Assembly (NCBI RefSeq): GCF_006345805.1
Contig: NW_021834388.1
Location: 1-48,736 of the forward strand
Length of the DNA stretch: 48,736 nt
Origin: Octopus sinensis
Lineage: Eukaryota
Reading direction: 5' to 3'
Position 1 is the first letter of the stretch, and every line of letters begins with the position of its first letter. Of the stretch, positions 1-10,771 are shown in pieces. Below the pieces are notes generated by a model. It saw nothing but the letters and a program-made list of their open reading frames with translations. It made no database searches and was not told the origin of the DNA. A program made the translations under genes and the position numbers.

Positions 1-180
1 GTGGGGGAGGAGAAAAACTGGGTTAATGAAAATGGTTGAACGAAGTGAATGGTTTCAGTGTTTAGGATGGTTTTTGGTAGATTTCAGACAACTTTTCTAT
101 TGAAACAGGACAAACTTATTAAAAATCATGCAAACTTCCACAGTGACTCACAGCTGTTAAGGGCAAGCCCAACATCTTTT

Positions 181-193
181 CTCTTTGCTGCTG

Positions 194-224
<31 letters not shown>

Positions 225-518
225 GTTCTCTCTGTCTCTCTCTCTGTCTCTCTCTCTCTTCACTTTCCTTTTTTTCTCGGTTTTGTCCTCTTTTCGCGCT
301 TCCCGCTCTCCGTCACTTCCTTTCTTTCGCGGTGTATACATACACACTTACAAAGATAGACACATATACACATACATATACAAGCATATATATATTATAT
401 TATATTATAGATATATATATATAACAGAGACACGCACTTGCATATCTATTCTCGCTTTTAATCTCATCTTTGTTTACTACCTGTCTATATCATATCTCCC
501 CCTATCGCTCTCTCCTCG

Positions 519-597
<79 letters not shown>

Positions 598-603
598 AAT
601 ATG

Positions 604-637
<34 letters not shown>

Positions 638-678
638 ATATATATATATCTATATAACTATATATATATAATGTATAT

Positions 679-775
<97 letters not shown>

Positions 776-790
776 TGTATATATATGCAT
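181..790. repeat. Compound microsatellite block (CT)n, (TA)n, (TATG)n
   Basis: Simple repeats seen directly; they explain the overlapping low-complexity ORFs. Confidence 0.95.
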
Positions 791-1344
791 ACTGTATTCC
801 TCTGTGTTTCGTTGATTCTGTATTTCTCTAACGTCTTGCAAATCTCTCATTTCCTCCTTGCCTCTTTTCTATCCTCCTCCTCCTCCTCCTCCTCCTTTAC
901 CATTTTCCCATCTGTCTCTCCATTTACCATTTCTTTATTTCAAGAATCCCCATCTCTATTCTTGACTCACCACTTAACCCGATTTCCTCAGCACTTCGAA
1001 CGACACTCCACTCCGTCATAAACTTCTTTTTTTTTTTCGTATTTTCACTTTTAGTGAATCCGTTTCGGGATGGGCTTCACCCATAGCCCACGAAAGTGTT
1101 TATTTGTATGGAAGTCACATCAGGGCATATCGTTAGGTAACTGAGGAGACACATTATAGAAATTTCAACATTGGGTGCAGAGAGAGAAAGAGAAGAAAAG
1201 TAAAGGGAAACAAAGACAAACAAAGAAATAAGAAAACATAAAAATAGCATGCGTTACATATTTATAAAAATCCTCCTCCTCCTTCTCCTTCTCACAATCA
1301 TCATCATAATCGTCATCAACATCGTTGTTGTCGATGTCGTCGTG

Positions 1345-1730
1345 TGGTGCTTGTTTGGATCCCTATGTCCCTGGTCCTGCTACGATCTCTATATTCTATG
1401 TCCTGTGGCAGTGTCCTCTCTCAACTGATCGGTATGTGTCTTCACAGAGAAGTGACGAATATGATTGCGGCCATATCTAAAGAGAGACGGACTCCACTGC
1501 TCCAATACTGTACAGAAGAGTAAATTCTTCTTTCTGTAATGGTATCTAATACTTTTGGAATCTTATTGTAGCATCTGCCTTTGAGGCAGTATTCGTCCCA
1601 GAACATGTTCTAAATGTGCAAAAGCATGTACATATTGGTGCCATGCAGTACAATGTAAAGTTTTCTGGTTATTGTTCCAATGACAAACAGATTCATCCAT
1701 TCTGTGCAAGAAATTCATTTTAGCATTCTC
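1345..1730 (-). mobile_element. Highly decayed 3' end of an RTE-like LINE
   Basis: Stitched minus-strand translation KMNFLHRMDESV..W.TITRKLYIVLHGT..YNKIPKVLDTITERR..KTHTDQLREDT resembles the RTE ORF C-terminus (ESVLLYG.ETWTLT..LDG; IRERR; KTYIDQL.EDTG). Many indels; flanked by GAC/AAC repeats. Confidence 0.55.
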
Positions 1731-1969
1731 TGACAACAACGATGACAACGACGACGACGACGATGACGACGATGACGACAACAATAACATCAACAGCAAT
1801 AGCAGCAGTAGCAGCAGCAGCAGTGGCTTTCTTATTTATTTATATATGTCAATACATTTGAAACAGGTATTGAAAATGTGTCGACTACAGCGACTTGCGT
1901 TAATCGGTGTGACTGGAAGATGGAGCAATGCAAATCTAGTCCATGTGTGTGTGTGTGCATATATATATA

Positions 1970-2384
1970 GGCGCAGGAGTGGCTGTGTGGTAAGTAGCTT
2001 GCTAACCAACCACATGGTTCCGGGTTCAGTCCCACTGCGTTGCACCTTGGGCAAGTGTCTTCTGCTATAGCCCCGGGCCGACCAATGCCTTGTGAGTGGA
2101 TTTGGTAGACGGAAACTGAAAGAAGCCTGTCGTATATATGTATATATATATATATATGTGTGTGTGTTTGTGTGTCTGTGTTTGTCCCCCTAGCATTGCT
2201 TGACAACCAATGCTGGTGTGTTTACGTCCCCGTTACTTAGCGGTTCGGCAAAAGAGACCGATAAAATAAGTACTGGCCTTACAAAGAATAAGTCCCGGGG
2301 TCGATTTGCTCGACTAAAGGCGATGCTCCAGCATGGCCGCAGTCAAATGACTGAAACAAGTAAAAGAGTAAAGAGTAAAGAGTA
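1970..2384 (+). mobile_element. tRNA-derived SINE, family A (octopus type, CORE-like CCTTGGGCAAGT motif), full length
   Basis: Pol III A-box TGGCTGTGTGG, B-box GGTTCAGTCC, internal TA/TG tract, (GTAAA[A]GA)n tail; near-identical copies at 5219, 26325, 36227 and 39969. Confidence 0.92.
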
Positions 2385-2516
2385 TGTATATATGCATTAT
2401 ATGTGTGTATGTGTGTATGTATGTATGTATGTATGTATGTATGTATGTATGTATGTATGTATGTATGTATGTATGTACGTACGTATGTATGTATGTATGT
2501 ATGTTTGTATGTACAT

Positions 2517-2724
2517 ATATCGCTCCTTTTATTACGCTCGGAGTAAGCGTCATATCTATCAGAAATTCCACTAGTTTTTTCGCAAATTTCGATTCGCTAA
2601 GTGGTCACTACCGTACTCCACTTTTTGAGAAGTACTGGGATTGTTTAGAGTGTATTCTTAGATTAGAGGAATTCCTCATTGGCAGACGCGTAGTCAGATT
2701 TTAAAGTTAGGGGGAGCGAGTATA
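2517..2724. mobile_element. Possible small MITE
   Basis: Short terminal inverted match TCGCTCC...GGAGCGA with TA-rich flanks; single copy in the window. Confidence 0.25.
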
Positions 2725-3692
2725 CAAAAAAAAATGGTGCCGAGACACACACCAGTTTTTAGCTCATTTCTCTTATAATATGCGAAATATTTCATTAGTT
2801 ATAATATATTTAATTGTCTTTTAGATTCATTAATTTGATGTTTCAATAACAATGTCATTATGTATAAAACTTACAACCACTGATATAGGTGTAACAGGAA
2901 AAAGAGGAGATTCCACGGGATCGTCCAGTGTCGAGAGGTTATGACGTCAGCGTTTGTTTTGGCTCTTCAGATGACAGCGGACAAAGGAAATTGAGGAAGC
3001 AGGTCTAAAACATGGGAGGTTAGTCAACTAAAAGGACTCCAGAATGTTCTTCCAAGACCGTGTGATTAACAATAAATAAATAAATAATAAATAAATAAAT
3101 AAATAAATAAAATGAAAATAAAAGTACAGAGAAATCCGACTTTTATCGCACAGGTCAACTAAAGAGTTAAGGAGAATTATTGAAAAGACCCAAATTTTGA
3201 AAAATATGCTCCGAGAAGCGGATGGTTTCCTTGCTACCCTATTAGCTCTACCACTGATTATGAGTAATTTATATAAAGCTATGAAAATTTATGAATGTTT
3301 TTCCCTCGAGATGTTAATTTGTATTTCGTCCTATTGAAGTGTTCTGTATTATAATGGGACCAGCTCTTGTAAAGTAAAGACTTCTGGGGATGAGGCTTAT
3401 AGCGCTTACTCTTCCAGGATAAAGACTGCTCGGGAGGAGGCATAAAACTAAGGAAACGGTGATAGAAATATTTTGTGAATTTCTTCAAACTAACGACAAA
3501 CCCCATGAGTAAGCGACTGGTGTTTACACTTACACAATGGATCAAATTTTATGAGGGTATTTCATCTAAAAACTAAAACCAAAGATACAAGCATCATTTA
3601 CACGATAAGCCCGTTATCTACAGTGGTCAGGGAGCTGTATATTCTCCATGGGACCTAGTTTTTGAGCTGTAGGAATTGTTGTTGTTGCTGTT

Positions 3693-3860
3693 TAGCCCAA
3701 GGTTGATCGCAGCTTCACAGGCCTTTGATCAACAATTTTACGACTGACCATTTTACCTTTTACCTAGGTTTTGTGACCGTAGGACCATATAATCCAAAGT
3801 GCGGAGATTTGATGGCTGCTATTTCTAACAGATTGGATGAGCATTTGGACCCTCATAGAT
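3693..3860 (+). repeat. Ancient dispersed repeat (family F; TGATCAAAGG..GACCAT..GGCTGCTATTTCTA motifs)
   Basis: Diverged matches recur near 6150-6220 (-), 7165-7330, 16400-16500, 37180-37380, 39310-39410, 40550-40700 (-) and 44760-44860 (-). Confidence 0.5.
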
Positions 3861-4796
3861 TCGATCTCTTATATATATATTTGATATTCATGTAATGCAT
3901 TTACTACAAGGCACTCTGATTGCACATCTGCCCCTGTAAAGCCTTGACTTGTCAACAAAACCGAGCCTGGGACGAAACGAACGTTTATTATAGGCAGCAA
4001 TATATTGTGGCAATAATATTTCCCATGGTCAAGACAAACTCTTACAGCATGACTATGGGAAACGAAATATTAAAGGTTTCCGGTTACGTTTGGGTACCTC
4101 CTTGTACCTACAACACGTATAATTTAACATTTATTAAATTTCTTGGTGTTTATAAAAAGTGATGAAATAAATACTAGTTCTCAAAAGAAAAATATTTATT
4201 ACCTTAAAACAAAATAAAATAAAATAAAATTCTCATTAAAATAAAAAAAAATTACATTAAAATTAAATAAAACATATTTCTCATTATAAGTAAATAGAAC
4301 AAATTTCCTTCCATAACTACTCTATCAGTTATCCCTCTTTCTCCTTGACACTGTATGTTCCTTTACTCATTGCCTGCTCCTAAACCTGGTATGTGTTCTC
4401 ATCTTGCATCTCTTTATCTGCCTTTTGCACACTTTCCCCATCTTTCTATACAATCTAAAGTGTAGCTGGAGAAATCAACCGTCCCCAAAAGAACATTTAA
4501 ATATATAGACACATACACACACACACATACACTCATACTCACACTCATGCACATACATACAGACAAAGACAGACACACACACACACACACACTCACAGAC
4601 ATACACACATACCTGCATACAGCTTAACCAACACACCAACTCAACCACATATTGACTAACATCGGGAATTCTCTTGACTCAAAAAGTCTTGTCACTTCGT
4701 TAGCGACCGGCTGGAACTCTCTCAAGAAGAAAAATAAAACTCAAAGAAAAGTCATATAGATATATCTTATGCACACACACAACCCCCACACACACA

Positions 4797-5113
4797 TGAC
4801 AGTCTTTCATTTCCGTCTACCAAATCCACTCGCAAAGCGTTGGTCAGCCCGAAGCTTTAGCAGAAGACACCTGCCCAAGGTGCCACGCAGTGACACAGAA
4901 TCCGAAACTCTGTGGCTGGGAAGCAATCTTCTTACCACAAAAGCAGACGGGCTTCCTAGCAGTTTCGGCTTCCCAAATTCATTTGTAAAACATTTTGGTC
5001 AATCCGGGATTAAAACTGAAGACACTTCCCTGAGGTACTGCTCAACTAGATTGAACCGCAAACCCCGAAGATTGCGAAACGAACTTGTTAACAACACAAC
5101 CTTGCCTGCATCT
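4797..5113 (-). mobile_element. Two tandem decayed 5' halves of SINE family A
   Basis: Matches to ttccgtctaccaaatccact..gaagacac.tgcccaaggtgccacgcagtg (4797-4946), followed by an older copy (4947-5113). Confidence 0.7.
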
Positions 5114-5218
5114 GAATTAAAAGAGGCAAAAAATCCATTCGTTCGAAATGTGCTCTTCCCTTTCTCACACACGACCAAAAATCAAAAAAACAAAAAAACA
5201 AAAACAAAAAAGAACCCA

Positions 5219-5444
5219 TACTCTACTCTTTTACTCTTTTACTTGTTTCAGTCATTTGACTGCGGCCATGCTGGAGCGCCGCCTTTAATCGAGCAACTTG
5301 ACCCCGGGACTTATTCTTTTGTAAGCCCAGTACTTATTCTATCGGTCTCTTTTGCCGAACCGCTAAGTAACGGGGACATAAACACACCAGCATCGGTTGT
5401 CAAGCAATGCTAGGGGAACAAACACAGACACACAAACACACACA

Positions 5445-5487
<43 letters not shown>

Positions 5488-5649
5488 GACGGGCTTCTTT
5501 CAGTTTCCGTCTACCAAATCCACTCACAAGGCTTTGGTCGGCCCGAGGCTATAGTAGAAGACACTTGCCCAAGGTGCCACGCAGTGGGACTGAACCCGGA
5601 ACCATGTGGTTGGTAAACAAGCTACTTACCACACAGCCACTCCTGCGCC
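5219..5649 (-). mobile_element. SINE family A, full length
   Basis: Reverse complement of 1970-2384 over its whole length. Confidence 0.92.
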
Positions 5650-6424
5650 TATCGAAGTAAAAGAAAACAACTTTGAGGAAGAAATCCACAGACAGAAGGA
5701 CTGCTTAGACACAGTTTTCACATCTAAGTTTAAGTGTGATTGCTATCTCGGTGAGGCTGTCATATATGTTACATATTTTCATACAATTAGTTAGTGGGGG
5801 AAAAATCATAACACCCGGAAGATGTTAATATGAGTATTATGAAGAAACTCAAATATTTCAAGTCCCTGTATAAGAAAAGAACCAAAATTGTTCCCAGAAT
5901 ATTGGGTTTCAAACATATTAATGAGTTCCCTTGAGTAAGTTCCACTTCAAGAAAGAAAAAAAAGGAAGAAAAAACATTAACGTAAGTTTTGTTCGCAATT
6001 AAAGGAAAATATAACGAAGACATCTTGTGTATATATATGCGTGTGTAAATGTATATATGTATGTGTAAATGTGTGTTGTATGTGTAAGTGTGTTGTATGT
6101 TTGTGTTATTGTGTGTATATAAATATATGTTTCTAAGGAGCTAGTGAAGAACCTCTTTGTTCTCAGCCTGCTAGAAATAGCGGTCAAATATCGTTCAAAT
6201 TCCACCACCATCTTAGGATACATTAGATGCTGTTATCCTCGGTGCAATATTTGAAATCTTCTGTCCCGCCAAAAACAAAAACAAAAAAACTAAAAGCAAA
6301 AAATAAAAACAAAAAACAAACAAACAAAAAGAAAAGGAAGGAATTGTCATGTCCGGAACGGTCTCTGAGCATATAAATAAATATGGGCTAGCAATATCAT
6401 CGACAACCGTGTTGCTAATAATAT

Positions 6425-6631
6425 TGATCTCAAATTTGGGCGCCAAAACAACAGTTTCGCGGGAGTGGGTAAGTCAATTACATCGACTTTAGTGTTTAAC
6501 TGGTACTTATTTTATCGACCCCGAAAGGCAAATTCGACCTTGACGGATTTTGAACACAGAATGTAAAGACGGACGGAACGCCGCTAAGCATTTCGTCCGG
6601 CGTGTTGATAATTCTGTTAAGTCGCCGCCTT
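6425..6631 (-). mobile_element. SINE family B, diverged
   Basis: Core ctggtacttattttatcgaccccgaaagg and head ending gtcgccgcct are shared with 16010-16237. Confidence 0.8.
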
Positions 6632-6767
6632 AATCAATCTAATTAATATTACCACAGAATACCATTCAGCTACAAACTTTATGGGTGTCGTTGCAATAAA
6701 TCAACGTGTTTCACTGTTGTGGGTTTATCAGGTTTTGCCAATGAAAGTCCTACATGATAATATGGTT

Positions 6768-6990
6768 AATGAACTGGCAGAATTGGTAGAGCATCGGATA
6801 ATGTTTTGCAATATTCAGTTACAGATCCTTATGTTCTGAGTTCAAATCCTGCTAAAGTCAACTTTGCTTTGCGTCCATCCGAATCTGAAGGTTTATAAAA
6901 TAAAGTACCATGCAAGTACTGGGATCAGTGGGGGTACTTTTATAAGGAAGTAGAGCCTCGTCCAAAGTTGAGGCTTTATGGCCATGTTGT
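6768..6990 (+). mobile_element. SINE family B, old diverged copy (head-to-head with 6425-6631)
   Basis: gaactggcagaa..gttctgagttcaaatcc..caactttgc..aagtacc motifs. Confidence 0.65.
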
Positions 6991-7799
6991 GTTAAGCTGA
7001 TGATGATGATAATGATGGTGGTGATATTGGTGGCGATGACGAAGATGATGATGATGATGTTGATGATGATGATGATGATGATGATGATCATGATCATGAT
7101 CATGATGATGATCATGATGATGATATGAATCTGATGGTGGTGGTGGTGTTGATAATGCTTTTTAGTTTCAGACCGGTGCTGATCTGAGCAGGTATATGAT
7201 CAAAAGTGAGTCATTAATCGTTACCCCAAGCATTTTATGGGGTAACCAGGACAAAATTTCATGACGGTAGGGTGTAATTTGAGTTTGCTTTGTTTTTTCT
7301 AGCAAGTCAAGCAACTACTTAGAGGTACCATCTACAAATTCTGTTGGTGACGTCATCAATGGCTCAACCAGACACGAAAATTGTGGCATTGTAACTATTA
7401 GTTCATTAATATTCTCCGGTAGATAGACTTTCGAAGCACCAGGTGTGGAATGTAACTTAAATTTCTAATATCAACAGCAACAGCAACAATTACAGTTACA
7501 ACAACAGCAACAACAATAACAGCAACAATAAGCCCAACTCACTAACAAAACTGTTTATTGCATATATAACGAGAGATTATCTTGGAACTTGTCACATATT
7601 TTACAGATTGTATTTCATATTGATGTTTGAGGTTTGAGATTCTCACCGTATTCGGTGGCGCATTTTTTTGCCTCGCTTTCTTTTTTCTTCTTTTTCTTCT
7701 TCAAAACTCTCAACAAACTGCTCTTAATATTAATGACGTTATTTATTTATTTATATATATATTTTATTTATCTATGTACACATGTATTTTTATGTTTAG

Positions 7800-7843
7800 A
7801 TAACTATTTATTGTTGTTATTGTTGCTATCATCATCATCATCA

Positions 7844-7889
<46 letters not shown>

Positions 7890-7978
7890 CACCATCATCA
7901 TCATCATCATCATCATTATTATTATCATCATCACCATCATCATCATCATCATCATCATCATTATTATTATTATTATTA

Positions 7979-8023
<45 letters not shown>

Positions 8024-8032
8024 CATTATCAC

Positions 8033-8086
<54 letters not shown>

Positions 8087-8100
8087 TATTATCATTATTA

Positions 8101-8151
<51 letters not shown>

Positions 8152-8161
8152 TATTATTATT

Positions 8162-8191
<30 letters not shown>
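7800..8191. repeat. Compound (TTA)n/(TCA)n microsatellite
   Basis: Seen directly; abuts the 3' end of the Dong-type remnant. Confidence 0.95.
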
Positions 8192-8194
<3 letters not shown>

Positions 8195-9060
8195 TATGTA
8201 TTACGTACTACTTTTATGGACAGGGATATTGTCTGGAGGTTTGGTGGCAACATGTCTCTTCAAATCTCGAGAATCTTTCCTAGGATTCTTGCAGAATACA
8301 TAATGACACTTTTCTGCAGGACGACGATGCGGGTTTCCCCTGCTAATATCCATCAGTCTCTCCTGTAGCAGTCTGGGTGTTCTACTAAGATCACCAAGGA
8401 CCACAAAAACAACTGCAAATTTTGTTTTCCAGAATCTCTTCATCTTTCTGGCTAGATCCTGATATTTCTCATATTTTTCAGTTTCTTTGACATCCACTGT
8501 ATTATTATATGGTACTGCAATGACTAAGATCTTACACCGCTTGTTTCTCCTGTCCTCTGTAATCATATGTGGTCACTTTGGCTTAGTAGTACGACCTTTA
8601 TGGTGAAATCTCATAAAATCCTATAATTCTTATTCTGTATCAAATCCTTTGTTGTGTATCCATACCACTTTTCTGTCACTTTGAATCCACTCACTCGGCT
8701 AACATCTCAATAAACTCATTTACAAAGTCAAGCCCTCGTTTATAATCTCTTTGTGCTACCTTACTGCATTTACGGACGAGATGACTGGTACTTTCGTTTC
8801 CTTTTCCACAGATTCAGCTTTTGCTCCCCGAGTTTAATTAATCTTTGCCTTCATCAAATTCGTTCTAATTTTTTGTTTCTCAGGGCTTTAATTGGAGATT
8901 CAGTTTCTCGTTTCAGGTTTCCATCTGTGAGTCACAACCAGTTCTCTTAACTTCCACCATTCTCGATTTGATACATATGTTGGCCACGTAGTTCCTTCTC
9001 TGTCTAGTTGAGTGATCTATTGTCTTCCTTCTGTTCCTGAATTATCCAAATGCTTCAGTG
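8192..9060 (-). mobile_element. Decayed R4/Dong-type non-LTR retrotransposon 3' region (restriction-like endonuclease domain)
   Basis: ORF 8201-8566 ILVIAVPYNNTVDVKETEKYEKYQDLARKMKRFWKTKFAVVFVVLGDL aligns by eye with LIDMTVP..KLSKYKDLEIEISKMWKLKTKTIPVVIGALG of the intact copy. Upstream KWYG..RIL*DFTI matches NWWEH..LLWNFTI. The 5' boundary is approximate. Confidence 0.8.
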
Positions 9061-9084
9061 ACATTTTGCGTTGTTATTATTATT

Positions 9085-9614
9085 GAGTGAAAGAGCAGTG
9101 CATGACATCAACGTGACATTGGGGTACAAAAATACGAAGCCCAATGTTATCTATCACGACTACCCGTCTGATAGGGGTACACCAGACACACGTATCACAA
9201 CAATATGTGCGCAGCATAGTAATCTAATATCGAGATAAACAACGCACGACCTTGCAGGTGGGGCCCTGTTAGAATTTCCTCTAGGCTATCTCACTCAAAA
9301 GGTCCCTGAATAAGGTTTGTTTAAGGATCATGAACGAAATACCTGTTTCCTGGGGGTGAATTATTTAAACCCAAAAGAATTACTTTTAACACATAGCCAT
9401 GATTCTTCCACATTTCTCCTGATCGTGATCAGAGATGCACATATTATCAGCCACTAAGGGACATGATCAACTGATTAAGGTCAAGCAACTGACAAGCAAC
9501 TGACAACTGTAGTACTGAGCAGAGTATTTTCTGTAAACCATCATTTATATCAAGACAAAACATGTACACGATAAAACTTCCAATCAGTTAAGATGAGAAC
9601 TACTGCACCAGGGC

Positions 9615-9615
<1 letters not shown>
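9085..9615 (-). mobile_element. Non-coding ~0.5-kb TAA-associated element (family C), copy 1
   Basis: Reverse complement of 28141-28627; bounded by TTA/TCA repeats on both sides. Confidence 0.85.
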
Positions 9616-9647
<32 letters not shown>

Positions 9648-9652
9648 TATTA

Positions 9653-9685
<33 letters not shown>

Positions 9686-9901
9686 CTATGTTTGACTTTT
9701 GCTTTATATTTGTACAAGTTGGCTCCAAGTCTCACCCAGAAACCTCAAGAGACAACAGGGTTGGAAGTTCATGTTGTTGTTATGCCTAGGGTGCCATATA
9801 TTTGGGGGGTGGGGATGTTGTACTAATGAATGTCTAAAAAAAAAGTTTTTTTTTTTTTTTTTTTTTTAAACCGAAAATTATGTTTGTTTTAAACCTTGAG
9901 G

Positions 9902-10771
9902 TTACATAGAGAGTATTTTGCGTAGGATATGAGCAGTTCCCATGAGCACTATCTTTTGAACTTCTGCCATTTTTGGGTTTCCTGGTATCTGAGTTAGGTA
10001 GCTATCAGCCCCTTTTGCTATCATTCCCAGGGCACCTATGACAACAGGTATTGTTTTAGTCTTCAGCTTCCACATTTTGCTGATTTCTATTTCAAGATCT
10101 TTATATTTGCTCAGTTTTTGGTAGGTCCTGACAGATACGTTTATATCGATTGGGACAGTCATATCAATGAGGAGGCATGTTCTTTGTTTGAAGTCTTTCA
10201 ATATGATGTCTGGCCTATTTGCATCTATCTTCCTGTCAGTTTGAATGGTGAAGTTCCAGAGGAGTGAGATGTGGTCATTTTCAAGCACTGGGGGTGGTTT
10301 GTGTTCCCACCAGTTTTTTTCATGGGGCAAATCCAGGTTTTTACAGATTACCCAGTGAATATATTGTGCAGCTCTATCGTGCCTGTTGAGATACTCTGTA
10401 GGCGCTAGAAGACTGCACTTGGAGACCACATGGTCAATGGTTTCATTTTGTTGCTTGCATACACGACACGTTGGACTGCTTCTGATCTTTAATATGTTGG
10501 CCTGGTAGTTTCTTGTTGGTAGGCATTGATCTTGAGCTGCTATGATAAACCCCTCTGTTTCAGATTTTAAGCCAGAGGCCATTAGCCATTGATGGGTCAG
10601 GGCTTTGTCGATATCTGCATTATTCGCTCTCTTTGGGTATTTGCCATAGAGAGGTTTTTCTTGCCATTTATTATTCAGAATATCTAAGGCCGCAGTTTTG
10701 GCACGGGTTTTCATGCGCCTAGCTTTTTCTGTGCTTGTTTCTTGTATGTCTATCTCTAATTCCGAAATTGG
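9902..10771 (-). CDS. Same polyprotein, C-terminal CCHC zinc knuckle and restriction-like endonuclease (after a frameshift near 10759-10783)
   Basis: CRVCKQQNETIDHVVSKC, RHD, RPDIILKD, LIDMTVP, KLSKYKDL, IPVVIGALG. The frame is open upstream of the ATG at 10714 (PISELEIDIQETSTEKARRM). Confidence 0.9.
   Translation of the reverse strand, partial: PISELEIDIQETSTEKARRMKTRAKTAALDILNNKWQEKPLYGKYPKRANNADIDKALTHQWLMASGLKSETEGFIIAAQDQCLPTRNYQANILKIRSSPTCRVCKQQNETIDHVVSKCSLLAPTEYLNRHDRAAQYIHWVICKNLDLPHEKNWWEHKPPPVLENDHISLLWNFTIQTDRKIDANRPDIILKDFKQRTCLLIDMTVPIDINVSVRTYQKLSKYKDLEIEISKMWKLKTKTIPVVIGALGMIAKGADSYLTQIPGNPKMAEVQKIVLMGTAHILRKILSM

Noticed and set aside
49-1021. ORFs rich in YI/SL/CV dipeptides (also most ORFs at 17-19, 35-36 and 47-48 kb)
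   Set aside because: Translations of dinucleotide and tetranucleotide microsatellites with no domain content.
4769-5660. 214-aa ORF and recurring peptides such as [18 protein letters not shown]
   Set aside because: Chance frames across SINE-A copies; they recur because the SINE recurs.
2942-7355. Perfect CRE palindromes TGACGTCA at 2942 and 7348
   Set aside because: Isolated 8-mers without promoter context; a few are expected by chance in 48 kb.
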